DNA from: Methanoregula sp.
GTDB lineage: Archaea > Halobacteriota > Methanomicrobia > Methanomicrobiales > Methanospirillaceae
Direction of reading: 5' to 3'
Assembly: GCA_039698055.1 (NCBI GenBank)
Contig: JBDKTL010000027.1
Location: forward strand, 64,001-128,000
DNA: 64,000 nt
In this document: in pieces, positions 60,013 through 64,000 of the stretch
How positions within the stretch are numbered: the stretch's first letter is position 1
Layout of the letters: every line of letters begins with the position of its first letter
Program-made: the position numbers and the translations under genes
The notes under the pieces: model-generated
What the model saw: the letters and a program-made list of their open reading frames with translations, nothing else
Database searches by the model: none
Told to the model about the DNA's origin: nothing

Positions 60013-63000
60013 TTACCGGCCTTTCTCGTAACAAATCCGTGCTTCTTCGTGTTTTCCGATATGATCGAGAATTGCTCCGATATCGTTCCAGACTTCCTTT
60101 CGGGAGGGATCGATCTCGATCGATCGTTTGAACGCGGTCAATGCTTCCTGGTATTTTTCCATCTCCTGCAGTGCCCGTCCTTTATGGATCCAGGCATCAA
60201 CAAAGTCCGGCTGGATGGAAAGCATTGCCGTGAACGCGTCCGCCGCTTCAGCGTGCCGCCCGAGCACTTCATAGGCACTTCCCTTGGTGAAGTATGCGAT
60301 GGAGAACGATGGATCGATGGAGATCGCCCGGTCGTAGGACTCGATCGCGTCCTCATCTTTTTTCTGCGCTGCAAGAGCCATGCCGTGGCGGGTCCACCCG
60401 ATTGCATTCTCCGGATCGATCCCAAGGCCGGCTTCGTAGGCTGCCTGGGCGTCCGCATATTTACCAAGATCGTAAAACGCGTTGCCCTTGCCAAACCATG
60501 CCGCAGAAAATTGTGGGTTTTTCTCAATGCCTTTTTCGAATGCCTCAAGAGCGTCCCGGGAAAGGCCAAGCTCGGCGAGTGCATTTCCTTTATGCACAAA
60601 CACATCGGCAGCCCCCGGATCCAGCTCCAGTGCCCGGTCATAGGATTGGATAGCATCGCGGTACTGCTCCAGTGATGCATAGGCAAGACCCCGGTCATGG
60701 TGCAGGGCAGCGGATTTGGGGATCATCTCCAGTGCCCGGTCATACTCGGTAATTGCCGCATCAAAATTGCCCTGGTCAAAAAGGGCTTTACCTTTCGCAT
60801 AATGAGCAGGGGAACAGGTGGGGTTGATCTCAAGTGCCCGGTCAAATGCCGCAATTGCCCCGTCAGGATTTCCCAGGGCAAAGAATGCCCGGCCTTTTTC
60901 ATAAATTGCCTCTGCCATCCCCGGGTTGACCGAAAGTGCATGGTCAAAAGCGGTGAGGGCATCTTTGAACCGCTCCGTATGGATAAGTGCCCGGCCTTTC
61001 TCGTACAGTGCATCAGTATAACCTGACTGGATATGCAAAGCGGCATCAAACGCATGAATCGCATCGTCAAATCTCTGGAGGTTTGCCAGAGCAATTCCCT
61101 TATGCAGGAACGCTTCTGCATACTGATCGTTTTTCGAAGATGCCTCATCAAATGCCTCAATCGCTTCCCCGTACAGACCTTTTTTGCTGAGTGCAATGCC
61201 TTTGTAATACAAAGCCTCTGCGTATTCCGGCTTCAGTGTGAGCGCATGGTCTAGTGCATCGATCGCTTCTCCGAACCGCTCCAGTTCGATCAGTGCCCTG
61301 CCGCGGTACAATTGTGTCATTGCGGAGTCAGGGTCAAGTGCCATTGCATGGGCATAGCCATCAAGGGCTTCATCGTATCGTCCAAGATTTGCTTCAGCAA
61401 TGCCCCGGTACAGCCATGCATCGGCATATTTCTCGTTCTGGGAAAGTGCCCGGTCAAATGAATTCACGGCTTCCTGGTGCATGGAGATCCCAAAGAGCGC
61501 CCTGCCTTTCTCATAATATGCTTCTGCGCACTGCGGGCGCCGTACTAATGAAGCATCGAAGTTCTTGATCGCTTCCTGGTACCGGCCAATCCGGGATAAA
61601 GATATTCCCATGTAATAATATGCAATCGCATTTTTTGGATCCAGCCCGATGGCTTTTGTCAGACAGGTAATGGCATCCTTATCTTTCCCAAGAGCTGCAA
61701 GCGCCATGCCTTTACCGGTCCAGATGTGTGCATAATTCGGGCGTACCCTCAAAGCAAGATCGAATGCACTTACCGATTCCTGCGGGTGTTTCAACCTTAA
61801 GAGGGCACAACCCTTGTGATAGAGTGCCTCATCGTGCCGGGGTTCAAGGGCAAGTGCATTATCATACGCGATCACGGCTTCTTTTTCCATGTGGATCTTT
61901 GAGAGTGCCCGGCCCTTGTAGTAATACGCGTCGACATACTCCGGCCGGATCTCCAGTGCCTTGTTAAATGCCTCGATGGCATCCTCAAAGCTCGTGAGTG
62001 CATGCAGCGCCCTGCCTTTCAGGTACCAGGCCTCGGCATTGGACGGGTCAATTTCCAGGGAATGGATATAGGATTCAATTGCGTCGTTGAATTTTCCAAG
62101 GTCGGACAGTGCCTTGCCCCGGTGGAGCCATGCATCAATCGATTGCGGTACTAATGCAAGGACATGATCAAACGCCTCAATGGCATCCTGGTGCCTTCCG
62201 GTGGTGGCAAGGGCAAGGCCTTTATGATAGAATGCCTGCATATTGCCTGCATCCAGGTCGACATTCTTATTGAATGCGACGATTGCATCATCGTACCTTC
62301 CGAGTTTTTCAAGCGCAAGCCCCTTGTAAAAATAGACCTCGGCATAATTTTTCTCAATGCCGAGTGTCTTATCAAACGTCTTGACGGCTTCCCGGAACAT
62401 GCCAAGGCTTAAAAGCGCTTTTCCTTTTTCAAACTGGGCATCAGCAAAGTGGCGATCGATCTCCAGGGCAAGGTCAAAGACCTTCACCGCATCTTCAGAC
62501 CTGCCAATTGTTGCAAGGGCTTTTCCTTTTCGATAAAGGGTCTGGACATGAGACGGATCGATGGCAAGCGCAAGGTTATAACTTTTTACGGCATCCTCAA
62601 ACCGGTTCAGCTCGTCGAGGGCCCGGCCTTTCTCAAGGTATGCGTCAAAATAATCCGGCCGTATGCCGGTTGCACGATCAAACGCCGTGCAGGCCTCATC
62701 ATACCGCTTAAGATGTGCATACACCTGTCCCTGCTCGTACCACGCGTCTGCCCGATCGGGCTGGATACGGAGGAGGGCATCAAATGCAGACACGGCGTCG
62801 GTATATGTTTCCTCCCGTGCGGCAAGTGACGCTGCCCGGTAGTATAATGCATCGGTATTATCGGGCTGGGCGGCAAGGGCGAGATCGAATGCCGGAATTG
62901 CTTCGTCGAACTTTTTCAATTTGAAGAACGCAAGTCCCCGCTCGTAACAGGTAGCCGGGTCACCGGGCGTGAGTGCGAGTTGCTGGTCGAACGAACCGAT

Positions 63001-64000
63001 CGCCAGTTCGAATTGTTCAAGGGACATATAGGCGACCCCCCGCTCGAAAAAGACCTGCGTATTATCGGGCTTCAGGATAACAACCTGATCGAATGCGGCA
63101 ATCGCCGCCTCAAACCTGCCGCTGTTGAGGAGTGCCTCGCCTTTTTCCAGCCACATGGCGGGGTTCTGTTGATCGCGGGCAAGAGCCGTATCAAACGCGA
63201 TGACGGCATCGTCGAACCGTTCCAGCCGGACAAGGGACTGCCCCCGCAGGTAAGCCGGTTCAGGGCGATCGGGGAGCTGTGTCACTGCCTCGCCGAGCAC
63301 ATCCTCTGCTTCTGCATGCCGGTCAAGGCTTGCAAGAGCCCGGCCTTTCTCAAAGAGGATTTCCCCCTGTGCCGGCTCCCTGCCCAGTGCGATATCAAAG
63401 ATATGGAGGGCATCCTCGTGCTGCCCCAGCCGGGCAAAGGCTTTACCCTCATCCAAAAGCAGCGGGATATTGTGGGGATCGAGTTTTCGCGCGTGTTCCA
63501 GCGCTGCAATTGCAGCCTCGTCCTGGCTGACATGGACATATGAGAGGCCCTGGTGATACCAGGCATCTGCATTATCGGGTTCCCGGGCGAGTATGCCGGC
63601 ATAGGCAGGTATGGCCTCTTCATAGCGTTCGAGCCGTTCAAGAGATCGTGCCATCTGGTAGTATGCATCCGCGTATTGGGAATCCAGATCGATTGCCTGC
63701 GCAAATGAACCGACCGCTTCCTCATCGTTTCCGAGTGCATACAGTGCGCATCCACGTTCGTACCAGGCTTCTTTTTTTTGGCTGTCCAGGCTGTTTGCTT
63801 CAGAGAATGCCGTGGTGGCCTCAGCATACCGCCCCAACCGGGCAAGGACCCTCCCCTTTTCATAATGGGACTCGTAATGGGTGGCATCGATCCCGGTTGC
63901 GCTGTCCAGCGCTGCGAGGGCGTCCTCATTTTTCTTCATCGCCGACAAGGCCAGCCCTTTGTTGAACCAGACCTCGTAGTCGTTTGGGTTAAGGGCGATG
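60013..64000 (-). CDS. Giant TPR-repeat protein (5'-partial)
   Basis: Continuous 34-aa TPR repeats (AW/Y..KG.AL..LG....A...FD.AL...P). The frame stays open to the right window edge. Confidence 0.93.
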   Translation of the reverse strand, partial: IALNPNDYEVWFNKGLALSAMKKNEDALAALDSATGIDATHYESHYEKGRVLARLGRYAEATTAFSEANSLDSQKKEAWYERGCALYALGNDEEAVGSFAQAIDLDSQYADAYYQMARSLERLERYEEAIPAYAGILAREPDNADAWYHQGLSYVHVSQDEAAIAALEHARKLDPHNIPLLLDEGKAFARLGQHEDALHIFDIALGREPAQGEILFEKGRALASLDRHAEAEDVLGEAVTQLPDRPEPAYLRGQSLVRLERFDDAVIAFDTALARDQQNPAMWLEKGEALLNSGRFEAAIAAFDQVVILKPDNTQVFFERGVAYMSLEQFELAIGSFDQQLALTPGDPATCYERGLAFFKLKKFDEAIPAFDLALAAQPDNTDALYYRAASLAAREETYTDAVSAFDALLRIQPDRADAWYEQGQVYAHLKRYDEACTAFDRATGIRPDYFDAYLEKGRALDELNRFEDAVKSYNLALAIDPSHVQTLYRKGKALATIGRSEDAVKVFDLALEIDRHFADAQFEKGKALLSLGMFREAVKTFDKTLGIEKNYAEVYFYKGLALEKLGRYDDAIVAFNKNVDLDAGNMQAFYHKGLALATTGRHQDAIEAFDHVLALVPQSIDAWLHRGKALSDLGKFNDAIESYIHSLEIDPSNAEAWYLKGRALHALTSFEDAIEAFNKALEIRPEYVDAYYYKGRALSKIHMEKEAVIAYDNALALEPRHDEALYHKGCALLRLKHPQESVSAFDLALRVRPNYAHIWTGKGMALAALGKDKDAITCLTKAIGLDPKNAIAYYYMGISLSRIGRYQEAIKNFDASLVRRPQCAEAYYEKGRALFGISMHQEAVNSFDRALSQNEKYADAWLYRGIAEANLGRYDEALDGYAHAMALDPDSAMTQLYRGRALIELERFGEAIDALDHALTLKPEYAEALYYKGIALSKKGLYGEAIEAFDEASSKNDQYAEAFLHKGIALANLQRFDDAIHAFDAALHIQSGYTDALYEKGRALIHTERFKDALTAFDHALSVNPGMAEAIYEKGRAFFALGNPDGAIAAFDRALEINPTCSPAHYAKGKALFDQGNFDAAITEYDRALEMIPKSAALHHDRGLAYASLEQYRDAIQSYDRALELDPGAADVFVHKGNALAELGLSRDALEAFEKGIEKNPQFSAAWFGKGNAFYDLGKYADAQAAYEAGLGIDPENAIGWTRHGMALAAQKKDEDAIESYDRAISIDPSFSIAYFTKGSAYEVLGRHAEAADAFTAMLSIQPDFVDAWIHKGRALQEMEKYQEALTAFKRSIEIDPSRKEVWNDIGAILDHIGKHEEARICYEKGR

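Noticed and set aside
1-64000. tRNA, rRNA, transposase, integrase or defence genes
   Set aside because: None recognised by eye in ORFs or intergenic gaps. A tRNAscan/Infernal run would be needed to exclude small RNAs.

Overview
Core chromosomal region of an archaeal methanogen. Gene content and style point to Methanomicrobiales, Methanoregula-like; this is inference, not a database result. From left to right the window holds: a ribosome-rescue and proteostasis block (ABCE1/RLI, EMC6-like, RqcH, Pelota, FKBP, two PAN paralogues, aMBF1); a ~1.2 kb non-coding region with a 74-bp direct repeat and one ORB-like core; a small secreted Cys-rich peptide gene; an 8-gene aromatic amino acid operon (aroA' x2, aroB', tyrA, pheA, aroA, aroK-aroE fusion, aroC) with aroD and an RlhA-like U32 gene nearby; tpiA; an RLAN/ATP-grasp/YkgJ/GCS2 peptide-ligase operon; ADP-forming acetate-CoA ligase; a REC-PAS-PAS diadenylate cyclase; TFE-beta-like and Lsm genes; three FBP enzymes; cdc48-hsp20; a sensor kinase; thiC, purH, grpE-dnaK-dnaJ, Trm11 and TPR proteins. 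No CRISPR array, tRNA/rRNA or transposase was recognised. The most striking unannotated signal is in the ~240-nt leader of the aromatic operon. It carries a short reading frame ending [15 protein letters not shown] (10 of the last 15 codons are Trp/Tyr/Phe), followed 1 nt later by a GC-rich hairpin with a mutually exclusive alternative pairing. This looks like a ribosome-dependent attenuator leader, a mechanism not well established in archaea.
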